Positions 1-10,619 of a stretch of DNA of 64,000 nucleotides are shown here, in pieces. Within the stretch, counting starts at the first letter, position 1; each line of letters opens with the position of its first letter. A program made the position numbers and the translations under genes. The DNA comes from Candidatus Poribacteria bacterium (GTDB lineage Bacteria > Poribacteria > WGA-4E > WGA-3G), in NCBI GenBank assembly GCA_965215265.1, contig OZ244048.1, forward strand, positions 960,001 through 1,024,000, in the 5' to 3' direction. The notes under the pieces were generated by a model, which saw only the letters and a list, made by a program, of their open reading frames with translations, had not been told where the DNA came from and did no database searches.

Positions 1-2806
1 CTTCTCTAATACAAGTTGCCAAGATGTTCCGGTCTCTTAATCTCGGCATGTAGACATGTGTCGCGAGGAGTTCCCAGAGTTTGTCTATCTGAATGTGGTT
101 TTGGTAGATGTCACTACTCCAGACGTATTGTTGCAGTTTTTCGTCAAATATGGCAGTGGTTATCCTGGTGATAATTGCTTCGTCGTAGATGAATTTATCC
201 CGTGCGCGTTGGATTATCCTACCGTCTTCAGCAGGTTCTATTGCGTCTGCCGAGAAGCCGTAGTCGTCTTTCTGCGGGTCGGCTTGGGTAGGGGCAACTG
301 TCCACCGGTATGCTTTGAACAGGGCAGTTGTCACTCTCTCGTCAGCGGATTCAAGTTTGTCCGTGGCCTGATCGAGCCGTGTGCCTGTGAGATTGGTGAT
401 TGCACTATGTAGTTCATCGCCATTCATAATGGCGTTCCAAGCGAGATAGTTTTTGATAAGATTTTTCAGTTCGCGTAGCTCGTCCCGTCGTGCTGCGATG
501 AAAAGGAGGGTGTTCCTGAAGGTGCGCTGCGCTTGCCCATCGCTGCAGTATATCAGCATGTTGTGTGCGGCGGCGTGTGCAGTGTTTTGCTCTTTTTCGC
601 GGCTTGGCAAGGATGCCTGCGGCGGCAGGATGACGTACTGAACCGTTTCGGAATCCTTCACCTCAGTTGGTGATGCCGGACAGACTATCACGTTCGGGTC
701 GCGTCCGATGACTTTTTTTAACCGTGAAATGATCTCCCGGTAGATATCATCTTCTGTGTACTGCTCTGCACGATCGTTTGCGACTTTATTGAGGTTCTCT
801 TGCGTATGGAAATAGTGTCTGTCGTCTAGATTATAGAGAAAGTAGAGGTTGCCGGTCATTCTGCGGAGTGCGTCGTTGTAAATTGAGACGGTTTGTCCCG
901 GTTCAACCACACCGAGGTGAATCTGGCGCTCAGAGATGCCCCTGACGGCCCCGGTATTTGTGCTGCCGAGGAAAATCGCACGTGCGAGGCGACGCGCTGC
1001 ACTGCCAACCTCTATGAACGTTTTAGAGGTCTTATCGATCTGGTCTGTGCGTGACCCGTGGCTGTCGACCTCTTTTACGACTGGGTCCCAATTCCCACCG
1101 GATCTGCTGAGCAGCCTAGTGAATTCATCAGCGAGTGCTGGATCGTCTAAGGTGAGATTGCCCGGCATTATCAAAGGCGAGGCGTCCTGTTGTTGATAGA
1201 GACGAGAAATACAACTCGCCATGATGCGTAGTACCCCGCGGGTGCGCTGAAACCCGGGGATGACTACCCAATCCTGAGAGAGGCGGTCGAATATCTCCGG
1301 ATGGATTGGGTAACACGCTTTCATGCGCTGGAAATAATTAGCCTCGCTGGCTTCATCCGGGTACTCGCGCCGTGAATTCTGGTACATTTTCCGGAAGGCA
1401 TCACAGGTCAGATCTCGTTCAGTCTCATCCTTAATGCCGCGGAAGAGTCGCCGACGCACCACTTGAAAAGCGTTGTCAACCTCTAACGGTATAGAGACGG
1501 CATCAACCCGTTCAAGTATCGACTCAAGACCATCCATCACACTCATGCCGCCTTCGCCACCTGCCTGGACGTGCCCTTCCGGTAACGTTGCGACAAGCGT
1601 GACATCGTTAGTTCTTTTAACAGATTCTGTGAGCGTCTGGAAAAAAGTGTAGATACTTTCTTGGGTGACACCTTGTACGTTGCGAACGTAAGCGACAAGT
1701 TCATCTATTAAGATAACGGAGGGCCCAACGTATTCAAAAAGTTCATCCAGCTGCTTGCCACCGGGGGATATGCCTTCTCGCGCAGCGTCCGCGATGAATT
1801 CGTAAGCATCCTGCCCCCCGAGCTGATCTGCCATTCTGCCCCAGAGCGTGTTCAGCGGATCTCCACGTGTCGTTTTATCCGCATCCGTTGTAGACAGATA
1901 GGTACCGACAAGCACGGAGACGTTGGCACTGAGCGCTGTATCTGCTTCCCATTCTGCTTCCTGCATGATCTTGTGAACGTCTGCGTGCAATTGTGCGTAT
2001 TCCTCATCCGGGGGCGGCTGCGTGAGTGCGTCTGCTCCGGTCACGAGATGGTAGAGTGCGATGAGACTATGCGTTTTTCCACCGCCGAACCCGGTTTTGA
2101 GTTGAATAACGGGGTCTCCGCCCTTGCTGCCCAGTCGACTCAAGGTATTAAGCAACAGTTGTCGAAGCCCAGGTGTAATGTATGTCTGACTGAAAAAGAG
2201 CCCGGCTTCTCCGTATTCAGCAGCTTTCGCTTTTCCCTCAAATACCTCTTGGAGATCTGCCGCGAATTCGGATTTCCGGAAGGTGCCTTCAATGACATCG
2301 TTGTTTGGCGATATCACCTGGTGCCATGGCGTGAGCTCAGTCGGCTTTCTACGTGGCAGCTTGGGTTTTACTTCCGTGGCCGGAACTGCACTCGTGAATA
2401 ATTTATCTCGGATCGCTTCTACCTGCTGCTTCTGTTCTGGAGCATTGATTTGTCCAAGTACCTCTGCTATGTCATGAAGGCGCGCGAGGGCGTATTCCCT
2501 AGAGAGGTCTTCAGCACCGGGGTGGGAAACTCTATTTCTTGCTTCTGTTATGAGACCTATTGCACTGCGAATATCCCGGTCAGGGTCAAAACGGTGTGCG
2601 AAGGCATTCTGCCAGTACCTCCTGAAAAGCGGCGGGAAATGGTTAATATCTATATCCACGCTGTTTTCGAAACGATCTTCTGTCGCGAGTGTGTGTACCG
2701 TTTTCAAGTTTCGAAAAACAAATGGACGCATCGCATCACGGTAGAGGTTGAGTGCATTATAGAGTGCATCTTGGTTAGGGCGGTTTGCGTCTGGCACGTC
2801 TGTCAT
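1..2806 (-). CDS. Swt1-like HEPN + DUF499 AAA-like ATPase (3' end runs off the window; absent from the ORF track)
   Basis: Manual translation from ATG 2806 (RBS AGGAG): MTDVPDANRPNQDAL...EARNRVSH (HEPN RxxxxH)...PWHQVISPNNDVIEGTFRKSEFAADLQEV...GGDPVIQLKTGFGGGKTHSLIALYHL (DUF499 Walker A). The same frame reads HVYMPRLRDRNILATCIRE at the window edge; the middle was not checked codon by codon. Confidence 0.85.
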   Translation of the reverse strand, partial: MTDVPDANRPNQDALYNALNLYRDAMRPFVFRNLKTVHTLATEDRFENSVDIDINHFPPLFRRYWQNAFAHRFDPDRDIRSAIGLITEARNRVSHPGAEDLSREYALARLHDIAEVLGQINAPEQKQQVEAIRDKLFTSAVPATEVKPKLPRRKPTELTPWHQVISPNNDVIEGTFRKSEFAADLQEVFEGKAKAAEYGEAGLFFSQTYITPGLRQLLLNTLSRLGSKGGDPVIQLKTGFGGGKTHSLIALYHLVTGADALTQPPPDEEYAQLHADVHKIMQEAEWEADTALSANVSVLVGTYLSTTDADKTTRGDPLNTLWGRMADQLGGQDAYEFIADAAREGISPGGKQLDELFEYVGPSVILIDELVAYVRNVQGVTQESIYTFFQTLTESVKRTNDVTLVATLPEGHVQAGGEGGMSVMDGLESILERVDAVSIPLEVDNAFQVVRRRLFRGIKDETERDLTCDAFRKMYQNSRREYPDEASEANYFQRMKACYPIHPEIFDRLSQDWVVIPGFQRTRGVLRIMASCISRLYQQQDASPLIMPGNLTLDDPALADEFTRLLSRSGGNWDPVVKEVDSHGSRTDQIDKTSKTFIEVGSAARRLARAIFLGSTNTGAVRGISERQIHLGVVEPGQTVSIYNDALRRMTGNLYFLYNLDDRHYFHTQENLNKVANDRAEQYTEDDIYREIISRLKKVIGRDPNVIVCPASPTEVKDSETVQYVILPPQASLPSREKEQNTAHAAAHNMLIYCSDGQAQRTFRNTLLFIAARRDELRELKNLIKNYLAWNAIMNGDELHSAITNLTGTRLDQATDKLESADERVTTALFKAYRWTVAPTQADPQKDDYGFSADAIEPAEDGRIIQRARDKFIYDEAIITRITTAIFDEKLQQYVWSSDIYQNHIQIDKLWELLATHVYMPRLRDRNILATCIRE

Positions 2807-2926
2807 TCTCCTAAATGGGCTTTTTTTCATCATAGCAGCAATTGCAAGTTTTGTCAATCAAAAAATGGGCATCAGCACGAGCGTCCGCTAAAATCGGAAT
2901 GATGTGAGGGCATGAGGTTTTGCAGG

Positions 2927-2992
2927 CAGTGGCAGGATAGGTAGAGTCTCGTATCCTTTAGGATACGATGTCTCTACCTTTTACCTGCCACC
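2927..2992. repeat. Long imperfect inverted repeat downstream of proA (terminator or REP-like hairpin)
   Basis: ggcagg..aggtagag..tcgtatcct-tt-aggatacga..ctctacct..cctgcc. Confidence 0.5.
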
Positions 2993-3070
2993 CACTGGGC
3001 TTGAGTCTCTCCGTTACGCGGCAGCATAGCGGGCAGGACTTGCAGCATAGGTGCTGTCAAACCGCTGCGT

Positions 3071-4333
3071 CTACTCACGTACTTGTCCATCGCCGTAGAT
3101 AATATATTTGTAACTCGTCAGTCCTTCCAATCCCATAGGACCGCGCGAGTGGAGTTTCTGGGTACTGATGCCGACTTCCGCGCCGAGTCCAAATTCGTAT
3201 CCGTCGGTGAAGACGGTGCTGGCGTTGACATAGACAGCTGCAGAGTCAACTTCCTTAAGGAACCGTTGGGCGGCGGTGTAACTTTCCGTGATAATAGCAT
3301 CCGAATGATGCGAACCGTAGGTTTCAATGTGCTCCATCGCCTGCGCTAGGCTGTCAACGATCCGGATGGATAAAATGTAATCGAGGTATTCGGCGCGCCA
3401 ATCGACTTCGGTTGCGTTTTTCGCTTGTGGGTAGTGCTGGCGCGTCCGTTCGCAGCCGCGTACCTCTACGTTTGCATCGCCTAGCTGCTGCACGATGACA
3501 GGAAGGAACTCTTCCGCGACGGCTTCATGGACGAGTAACGTCTCTAACGCGTTGCAGACAGCCACTTTATACCCGACTTTGGCGTTCATACAGATTTTGG
3601 ATGCCATCTTGAGGTCTGCGGCCGCGTCAACGTAGATATGACATATTCCATCCGCGTGCCCCAGGACAGGGATTTCTGATGCTTTCATCAGGAACTGGAC
3701 GAACTCATTGCTGCCGCGCGGGATGATTAAGTCGATATATTCGGGCAGACGGATAAGCTCATAGACTGCTTGTCTATCCGTAGTTTCAACGAATTGGATG
3801 GGGCCCGGAATCCCCATATCGGCTGCTGTTTCGCTGAGGATGCGTGCAAGCGTCGTATTGGAATGAATTGCTTCTGAGCCGCCACGGAGGATGACACCGT
3901 TCCCGGATTTGATACAGAGCGCGGAGACTTCGACCGTCACGTCAGGACGAGATTCATATACAACGCCGACAACGCCGATGGGTACGCGGACAGTGCCGAT
4001 TTTTAAGCCGTTGGGTCGCTCTGCCATGTGAATGACTTCTCCGATAGGATCCGGAAGTGCAGCCACTTGTCGGAGATTGTCTACCATCCGGTCCATTTTT
4101 TTATCGTCGATCAGGAGACGTTGCATCAGTGGCGCAGCGAGCCCCGTTTTCTCACCGTTGTCGAGGTCTATACGGTTCGCGTCTTGGATTTTGTCTTTAG
4201 CGTTAGCGAGGTTCTCTGCCATTGCCAAAAGCGTGTTATCTCGAAGATCTGCGGAGCTGCGTGATAAGACACGCATCGCTGCTTTTGCTTGTTTTGCTTT
4301 TGCTTGAATGCTATGTTGAATGGTTTTGCTCAT
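3071..4333 (-). CDS. proA: Gamma-glutamyl phosphate reductase
   Basis: Motifs YESRPDVT, LRGGSEA, CNALETLL, ISTQKLHSRGPMGL. Confidence 0.97.
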   Translation of the reverse strand: MSKTIQHSIQAKAKQAKAAMRVLSRSSADLRDNTLLAMAENLANAKDKIQDANRIDLDNGEKTGLAAPLMQRLLIDDKKMDRMVDNLRQVAALPDPIGEVIHMAERPNGLKIGTVRVPIGVVGVVYESRPDVTVEVSALCIKSGNGVILRGGSEAIHSNTTLARILSETAADMGIPGPIQFVETTDRQAVYELIRLPEYIDLIIPRGSNEFVQFLMKASEIPVLGHADGICHIYVDAAADLKMASKICMNAKVGYKVAVCNALETLLVHEAVAEEFLPVIVQQLGDANVEVRGCERTRQHYPQAKNATEVDWRAEYLDYILSIRIVDSLAQAMEHIETYGSHHSDAIITESYTAAQRFLKEVDSAAVYVNASTVFTDGYEFGLGAEVGISTQKLHSRGPMGLEGLTSYKYIIYGDGQVRE

Positions 4334-5583
4334 TTGATGCCTTCCTTTGTGTTGTTATTTGTCAATCCATCGTCAATTAGAACTAAGTTATCCCGATGGA
4401 TAATTTCATCGTAATCCCGGTATCCGATGAGTTTCTCAATATCGCATGTCTGCTTTCCTACTAGTTGTGCCGTTTCGGTTGCGTTATAGTTGACAAGTCC
4501 CCTTGCGAACTCAATTCCGTTTTGAGCGATGCATGAGACGGTATCGCTATAGACGAAGTCCCCTTCGACTCGGTGTATGCCTGCTGGTAGCAAACTCTTG
4601 CCGCGTTGCACGAGGGCATCACGTGCCCCGTTGTCAACGAAGAGCTTACCTTTTGGCGGGCGAGAATAGGCTATCCACCGTTTGCGTCCGGATATGCGGC
4701 TTTGCGGTAAGAAGAGGGTTCCGAGGGGTGCCTCGTTGAGCAAGCGCGTTACGACCAGCGGTTCTCCACCGTGTACGATGGCGACCATTTCTCCGGAACC
4801 AGTCACAATTTCGGCCGCACGGAGTTTTGTCACCATGCCACCGGTGCCTGCCGTTGTGCCGGCATCGCCTGCGGCATCCCACATCGCGTCTGAAATAGAA
4901 GGTACGGTATCAATCAGTTGTGGGTTTTGATGCTGCCTCGGATCTGCCGTATAAAAGCCAGCTTGATCAGAGAGAATGACGAGCAGTTGCGCCTCGGCGA
5001 GGTTCGTCACATAGGCAGAAAGGGTGTCGTTATCGCCCACTTTAATTTCCTCTACAGCGACGGTGTCGTTTTCATTAATAATTGGAATTGCCCCCAATTG
5101 GAGGAGAGTGCGGAGGGTGTCGCTCATGTGAATGTAACGCTGCCGGTCGGTGAAGTCATCCTGTGTGAGTAACATCATCGCGGTCCGCTGTCCATAGTCC
5201 CGAAATCGCTGTTCATAGGCAGCCATTAACTGAATTTGGCCAGCGGCTGCAGCAGCTTGGAGACCGGGGAGTGTATGTGGACGTTGCTTCAAACCGAGTC
5301 TTGGCCAGCCTGCAGCGATCGCCCCCGATGTGACGAGGATCACCTCAATGCCAGTCTGTTTCACTATCGCGAGGTCATGCACAAGTCTATCGAGCGCGGC
5401 TTCGCTGAGATGTGTCCGGTCGGTTAGCGTGCTGCTGCCTACCTTGACGACGATGCGTTTCACGTCAGAGAAGTTTCGGGTGGCCGGCCTGTGTGTGCGG
5501 CTATTGTTAATATCTATACTCTCATCTGTTGCTGTTACGTTCTGTTTGCAGCGTTCTTGGACTGTAGTCGAATTCAAATTCAT
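4330..5583 (-). CDS. proB: Glutamate 5-kinase with PUA domain (start uncertain)
   Basis: RIVVKVGSS, NENDTV, GDNDTLSA, GTGGMVTKL, C-terminal PUA domain; adjacent to proA. Confidence 0.95.
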   Translation of the reverse strand: MNLNSTTVQERCKQNVTATDESIDINNSRTHRPATRNFSDVKRIVVKVGSSTLTDRTHLSEAALDRLVHDLAIVKQTGIEVILVTSGAIAAGWPRLGLKQRPHTLPGLQAAAAAGQIQLMAAYEQRFRDYGQRTAMMLLTQDDFTDRQRYIHMSDTLRTLLQLGAIPIINENDTVAVEEIKVGDNDTLSAYVTNLAEAQLLVILSDQAGFYTADPRQHQNPQLIDTVPSISDAMWDAAGDAGTTAGTGGMVTKLRAAEIVTGSGEMVAIVHGGEPLVVTRLLNEAPLGTLFLPQSRISGRKRWIAYSRPPKGKLFVDNGARDALVQRGKSLLPAGIHRVEGDFVYSDTVSCIAQNGIEFARGLVNYNATETAQLVGKQTCDIEKLIGYRDYDEIIHRDNLVLIDDGLTNNNTKEGIK

Positions 5584-6826
5584 CAATCTGAACTGTTTCT
5601 CCTTCGCTTGCGCCGGCACGTTCCAAGGCGTTAATAACGCCCATTTTTTTGAGTTTCCGGTAGAGCAGGATTAAAGCCTGCTCGTTTTCCATATCAGTCA
5701 TGAGTACAGCGCGCCGGGGTTCTGCGCCGCTGATAACGAACCCACGTTTAGTTTTGCGGAGGGTAAACCGTTGTCGCCGTTCGGGTTCAACTTGAGGTTC
5801 AAAGGTGATATCGGTTTGGGCTTGTTCGCGTTCGCGCACCTCCAGTTTCTGTAATAAGCGGTATGCGGTGTGCATAAGATGGTTCACGCCCTTGCCGGTA
5901 ATTGCTGATATCGGAAAAACAGGTCTGCGCCCGAAATATGCTTGTAAGCGGGCCAGATTCGCTTCTGCTTCTGGCATATCTATTTTGTTCAAGGCGATAA
6001 TTTGCGGCAGTTCGGTTAATCTGTCGTTGTAGTGTGCAAGTTCACCGTTCAGTTTCTCGTAGTCTGCAACTGGATCTCTGCCATCTGTTGCCCCGAGGTC
6101 TATGACGTGGATGAGCATTTTTGTGCGTTCAATATGTCTTAAGAATTGGTGTCCTAGGCCTGCGCCTTTGTGTGCGCCTTCTATAAGTCCGGGGATGTCT
6201 GCGAGGACGAAGTTCTGCTCTCGACTGATTCGGACGACACCGAGGTTCGGTTTCAGGGTTGTAAACGGATAGGACGCGATTTTGGGGGTAGCGGCAGAGG
6301 TTCGTGCCAAAAGTGTGGATTTCCCCGCGTTGGGATAGCCGACTAGCCCGATGTCCGCGATGATTTTGACCTCCAATCCGATGTCGCGTTCTTCGCCAGG
6401 CTCCCCTTTTTCTGCAACGCGCGGCGCTTGGAAAGTACTGCTTTTAAACCGTGCATTCCCCTTTCCGCCGAGCCCACCATGCGCAGCGATGACCTGCTGG
6501 CCAGGCACCGTCAAATCCGCGAGGAGCTCTTCGGTATCCAAGCTTCTGACAATAGTGCCGACTGGGACGTTGATGATGCGGTCCGCGCCGTCTGCACCTG
6601 TTCGCTGCTTTCCGGTGCCGTGTGCACCGTTGTCAGCGACTTGATGGGGGTTGTGGTGCAGATCTATGAGGGTGCTCATACCCTGTTTTGCTTTGAAGAT
6701 GATATTGCCACCGTTGCCGCCGTCACCCCCATCAGGACCGCCACGCGGGACGTATTTTTCACGCCGGAAGCTGATGCACCCGTTACCACCTCGCCCGCCT
6801 TTGACGTAAATTTTGGCTGTATCCAT
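5522..6826 (-). CDS. obgE: GTPase ObgE
   Basis: Gly-rich Obg domain FRREKYVPRGGPDGGDGG, GYPNAGKST, YPFTT, DIPG, NKID. Confidence 0.97.
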   Translation of the reverse strand: MDTAKIYVKGGRGGNGCISFRREKYVPRGGPDGGDGGNGGNIIFKAKQGMSTLIDLHHNPHQVADNGAHGTGKQRTGADGADRIINVPVGTIVRSLDTEELLADLTVPGQQVIAAHGGLGGKGNARFKSSTFQAPRVAEKGEPGEERDIGLEVKIIADIGLVGYPNAGKSTLLARTSAATPKIASYPFTTLKPNLGVVRISREQNFVLADIPGLIEGAHKGAGLGHQFLRHIERTKMLIHVIDLGATDGRDPVADYEKLNGELAHYNDRLTELPQIIALNKIDMPEAEANLARLQAYFGRRPVFPISAITGKGVNHLMHTAYRLLQKLEVREREQAQTDITFEPQVEPERRQRFTLRKTKRGFVISGAEPRRAVLMTDMENEQALILLYRKLKKMGVINALERAGASEGETVQIDEFEFDYSPRTLQTERNSNR

Positions 6827-6915
6827 GGCTCACCTGCACTTTAGTGTTGTATGATAGCGAATTGAGCAATCTTGTCTACAATTCTACAATGTTGAACAAC
6901 ACCGCACGTCCGTAG

Positions 6916-7128
6916 TTACGCTCGCAAATGCTCAAAACCTGCATCTGTGACTGCCTGTATGAGGTGTGCCAACGTAATTCGCGATTCGTCGTAACGGACA
7001 ACCGCTTCGCCTTTTCTGAGATTGACTTTCGCACGTGTCACCCCTTCAAGCTGCGTCAAGGCCTCTGTCACAGTTTTGACGCAATGCTGGCATGACATGC
7101 CGCCAATTTTTAATTTTGTTTTTTTCAT
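6916..7128 (-). CDS. copZ: Heavy-metal-associated (HMA) copper chaperone, CopZ-like
   Basis: GMSCQHC metal-binding motif, 70 aa. Confidence 0.85.
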   Translation of the reverse strand: MKKTKLKIGGMSCQHCVKTVTEALTQLEGVTRAKVNLRKGEAVVRYDESRITLAHLIQAVTDAGFEHLRA

Positions 7129-7168
7129 TTTTGTCTGCTACAGCTCCGGTGCCTCCTATGATTCATAA

Positions 7169-7354
7169 TTATCGTTTGGTCTCCGATGGAAAATTACGTT
7201 GGCACGCTGGGCACGTCGGCGTATCCGTTCGGATTGCTAATCCGCAGTCAGGGCAGATGCGCTTTGTCTGCAACCGAGTGATAATTCGAGATATAAGAAT
7301 GACTCCTAAAAAGAGGATAATAAGTAACGCAACTTCCCAAAAACCGATACTCAC
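7169..7354 (-). CDS. Small membrane protein with C-terminal zinc ribbon
   Basis: N-terminal hydrophobic helix, CPDC...CPAC; tightly packed between nfo and copZ. Confidence 0.6.
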   Translation of the reverse strand: MSIGFWEVALLIILFLGVILISRIITRLQTKRICPDCGLAIRTDTPTCPACQRNFPSETKR

Positions 7355-7357
7355 TGC

Positions 7358-8209
7358 TTATGCTCCGTCAGTTTCTGCTAATTCTCGCAAAATGGCGAGG
7401 TTCTCCTTGTGCATCGTTTTCATCTGTGGTGTTTCAATAATCAGCGGTACTGCTGCAAAACGTGCATCCTTAACGATAAACGTGAAAGCAGCATCACCGA
7501 TATTGCCTTTGCCGATGTGCTCGTGTCTATCAACCCGGCTTTGGTATTCCGATTTTGCGTCGTTGAGGTGAAACGCGCCCAACCGTTGTAACCCGATAAC
7601 ATCGTCAAACTGCTTGAAGGCAGCTTCACAATCTGCTTCGGTGCGTATATCGTAGCCGGCGGCGAAGACATGACACGTATCAAAACAGACACCGAACCGT
7701 TCGGGATATTTGGACATCGCGATAACATCGCGGAGATGTTCAAAGCGGTAGCCGAGATTTGTTCCTTGTCCTGCGGTGGTTTCTAACAGGACTGTTACAT
7801 CCGGGGCTTCGGTAGTTTCAAATAACAGGTCAAAACTCTCACTGAGCATCTTCAATCCGACGTTTTCGCCTTCGCCGAGGTGTGCACCGAGGTGCGTGAC
7901 GATAGAACGGAGTCCGAGTTCGGTAGCGAGTTCCATCTGTGCTTTGAACCGTTCACGCGACTTCGCGAGGACCTCCGGTTTAGGTGATGCTAAATTGCTG
8001 AGGTGTATATCATGCGCGACGACATCGTGAATTGGAGAGTTATTCCATGCGTCCTTAAACTTTTCCACGACATCTGGTGCCAGGGGTTTCCCTTGCCATC
8101 GGTTAGGGTTTTGCATAAAAATTTGTATGGCATCACAGTTGAGTTCGTCGCCATTATTAATGGCGTTATGCAAGCCGCCAGCTGTTGAGACATGTGCTCC
8201 GAGAATCAT
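7358..8209 (-). CDS. nfo: Endonuclease IV
   Basis: GAHVS, LLETTAGQG, DTCHVFAAGYD, HLND, DRHEHIG, ETP. Confidence 0.95.
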   Translation of the reverse strand: MILGAHVSTAGGLHNAINNGDELNCDAIQIFMQNPNRWQGKPLAPDVVEKFKDAWNNSPIHDVVAHDIHLSNLASPKPEVLAKSRERFKAQMELATELGLRSIVTHLGAHLGEGENVGLKMLSESFDLLFETTEAPDVTVLLETTAGQGTNLGYRFEHLRDVIAMSKYPERFGVCFDTCHVFAAGYDIRTEADCEAAFKQFDDVIGLQRLGAFHLNDAKSEYQSRVDRHEHIGKGNIGDAAFTFIVKDARFAAVPLIIETPQMKTMHKENLAILRELAETDGA

Positions 8210-8350
8210 ATTTTCTTCCTATCTCTTTTTTTCCCGTCATTATGGAAAGTTATCACGATGGAATTTAGGTTAAACTTCGTGGCTTGTCGATTTTTCAATT
8301 TCTGGTACCGGTTGCGGGTTCGCAAAATGTCAACGTGCACGACTAAAGTG

Positions 8351-9376
8351 TTAACGAGAGTCACCGATAAGCACAGTTTTGACACCGTTGTGTGCCGCCG
8401 CGTTTTCAAACGCCGCGATGCCCGCCGCAATGGGGAACCGAGCTGTCAACAACGCATCGAAGTTAATCGCTTTCTCTATCAGGAGCTGCCGGGATTCTTC
8501 TAGGCTTGCGCGCGAAAACGCCCAGGATGCCATCAGTTTATGGCCATCGTAGTGAAACTGCTCCAAGTTAACTCGGAGTTCTTCCCCTTCGGGCGCGAGC
8601 CCGAAAAAATTGATGCTCCCGCCCCGCCGCACCACTTGAAAAGCGAGTGCGACGGCTTGCGCATCATTCGTGGTTGCAGAGATGACGGTATCCACGCCGC
8701 CATTCGTAATCTGACAGAGTCTCTCCACATCGTCGCTGGAAGTGCCGAAAGTCGCATCCGCCCCAACAGCATCTGCAACATCTCTGCGGTGCTGAAGTGG
8801 TTCAAAGACGTAGGTTGCTAAGCCGCACCGTTTCGCTAACTGCGTAAACATCAACCCGATCGGTCCCGCACCGAGGATGGCAACTGAGTTTTGGAAAGGG
8901 GTTTCGTCCATTGCGTTGAGGCAGCATCCGAGGGGCTCAAGGAACAGGAGTTCTTCTGGTGGGATGCTATCTGGTACGCTGATGAGTTTACCGGTATCAA
9001 CGCCGTGTTGTGGCATGCGTATGTACTCCGCGTATCCGCCATCAATATCGTGTCCGATGCCTTCAATTGCGTTGCAGTACTTATCATGGTCATTTTGGCA
9101 GTCCGTGCAAACGCCGCACGATAGCATCGGATTGACGGTAACCCGTTCGCCGAGTTTGACATCGGGGTGGCGGCTTTCAACGATGACACCAGCCAACTCA
9201 TGCCCCATGACAACAGGGGGCGCATAATCGGACACATCGCCTCTGAGTGCGGCAAGGTCGGAGGCACAGATGCCGCAGAGTTCCATTTGGATAAGCACAT
9301 CCCCGGGCTCCAGCGTCGGAATCGGCTTCTCTTGTATGCGTAATTGCTGAATTTTTTCAAAGACAACAGTTTTCAT
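8351..9376 (-). CDS. Zinc-binding alcohol/sugar dehydrogenase (MDR family)
   Basis: CGICASD, GHE, CxxCxxC-x7-C, GAGPIG. Confidence 0.9.
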   Translation of the reverse strand: MKTVVFEKIQQLRIQEKPIPTLEPGDVLIQMELCGICASDLAALRGDVSDYAPPVVMGHELAGVIVESRHPDVKLGERVTVNPMLSCGVCTDCQNDHDKYCNAIEGIGHDIDGGYAEYIRMPQHGVDTGKLISVPDSIPPEELLFLEPLGCCLNAMDETPFQNSVAILGAGPIGLMFTQLAKRCGLATYVFEPLQHRRDVADAVGADATFGTSSDDVERLCQITNGGVDTVISATTNDAQAVALAFQVVRRGGSINFFGLAPEGEELRVNLEQFHYDGHKLMASWAFSRASLEESRQLLIEKAINFDALLTARFPIAAGIAAFENAAAHNGVKTVLIGDSR

Positions 9377-9499
9377 ATTTTTGGTGGCCTTGGGTCAGAG
9401 ACATCTGACGGAAAAAAGTGCAGCTTTGTTTCCTGTGACAACGTCTCTGACGTATTTAGCGCTTAGCGAATCGGCACACGATTTTTTATCCGGAGCCTG

Positions 9500-10513
9500 T
9501 TACGCTTCAAATTCATAAGGCACTGTTTCTGCCTGATGTGTCTTAGAGGATTTTTCTGCTAGGTCCATGACGGCGATAACACGACGAGCGGATTCCGGTG
9601 TTACCAGTAACGCCTCGCCTTCGTTTAGATGTGCTACGATGTTTTGATAGTAATTGGGGCCCGGCCGCCCATGGAATCCTACCATCTGCTCTTTGGGGTG
9701 CCCTTCAACTTCGGATAAGACTTTAAATTGCCCGTCGCCGGAGATGATTGCACCGTGCGAACCGAGCAGTTTCCAACGGGGTCCGCCGATTTTAGCAATG
9801 TTGGACATCTGGATATTTGCCATGCAGCCATCGGCGAATCGGATGATTGCTTGTACGTGGTCTTCGTTGGTAATGTCTTGCCAGACAAGATTGGGTTGGT
9901 AGAAACCGGTGATGTTCACCATCGGTGCCTCAATGATGTTGAGGAGCCAATCGAGATAGTGCGCACCCCAGTCGTAGAATTGCCCGCCGGAGATGGCTTT
10001 GACGCTCCGCCACCAATTCGGATTCGGGCTGCCGTATCCACCGCCCCACATCTCCACATTGAATACCTTGCCGATAACCCCCGAGTGCACCAGCTCACGG
10101 AGTGTCCAAAAATCGGCATCCCAACGACGGTTGTGGTGAACAGACAACATCACGTCGTTTTCTTCGGCTGTGCTAATCATCTCTGTTGCTTCAGCGATGG
10201 TAACGCACATCGGTTTTTCTACGACAACATGCTTGCCTGCCTTGAGACTTGCTACTGTCGGTTCACAGTGCAGGCTGTGCGGTAGCACATTTGCGATGAG
10301 CTGGACATCGTCGTCTGCGTTGAGCGCCTCGACGCTGTTATAGGTGCGGATGCCCGGAAAATCCTGCCTCGCGGCCGCAGTCCGCTCCTCATCAATGTCG
10401 CACACAGCTATACATTGAATCCCCTCGGTGCGTTCCATCATATTTGCGTGGGCTTTGCCCATATTAAAGGCTGCACCGTAACCGAGGACGGCACCTCTGA
10501 TTGTATCTGCCAT
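9500..10513 (-). CDS. Gfo/Idh/MocA oxidoreductase
   Basis: Rossmann start, HVVVEKP, HNRRWD, GGQFYDWGAH. Confidence 0.9.
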   Translation of the reverse strand: MADTIRGAVLGYGAAFNMGKAHANMMERTEGIQCIAVCDIDEERTAAARQDFPGIRTYNSVEALNADDDVQLIANVLPHSLHCEPTVASLKAGKHVVVEKPMCVTIAEATEMISTAEENDVMLSVHHNRRWDADFWTLRELVHSGVIGKVFNVEMWGGGYGSPNPNWWRSVKAISGGQFYDWGAHYLDWLLNIIEAPMVNITGFYQPNLVWQDITNEDHVQAIIRFADGCMANIQMSNIAKIGGPRWKLLGSHGAIISGDGQFKVLSEVEGHPKEQMVGFHGRPGPNYYQNIVAHLNEGEALLVTPESARRVIAVMDLAEKSSKTHQAETVPYEFEA

Positions 10514-10619
10514 TTAATGTGGCTCCTTTTTTTATCTATAAATATCTTATTATAGCACAGATACAAGAATATATCAAAAATAAAGATGCCGATATCGGGT
10601 CTTTCTTAAAGAAGGGAGC

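Noticed and set aside
56-2902. Short plus-strand ORFs in the ORF track
   Set aside because: Shadows of the long minus-strand HEPN-DUF499 gene.
7169-7354. TatA subunit
   Set aside because: The N-terminus is TatA-like, but it lacks the amphipathic helix and has a zinc ribbon instead.
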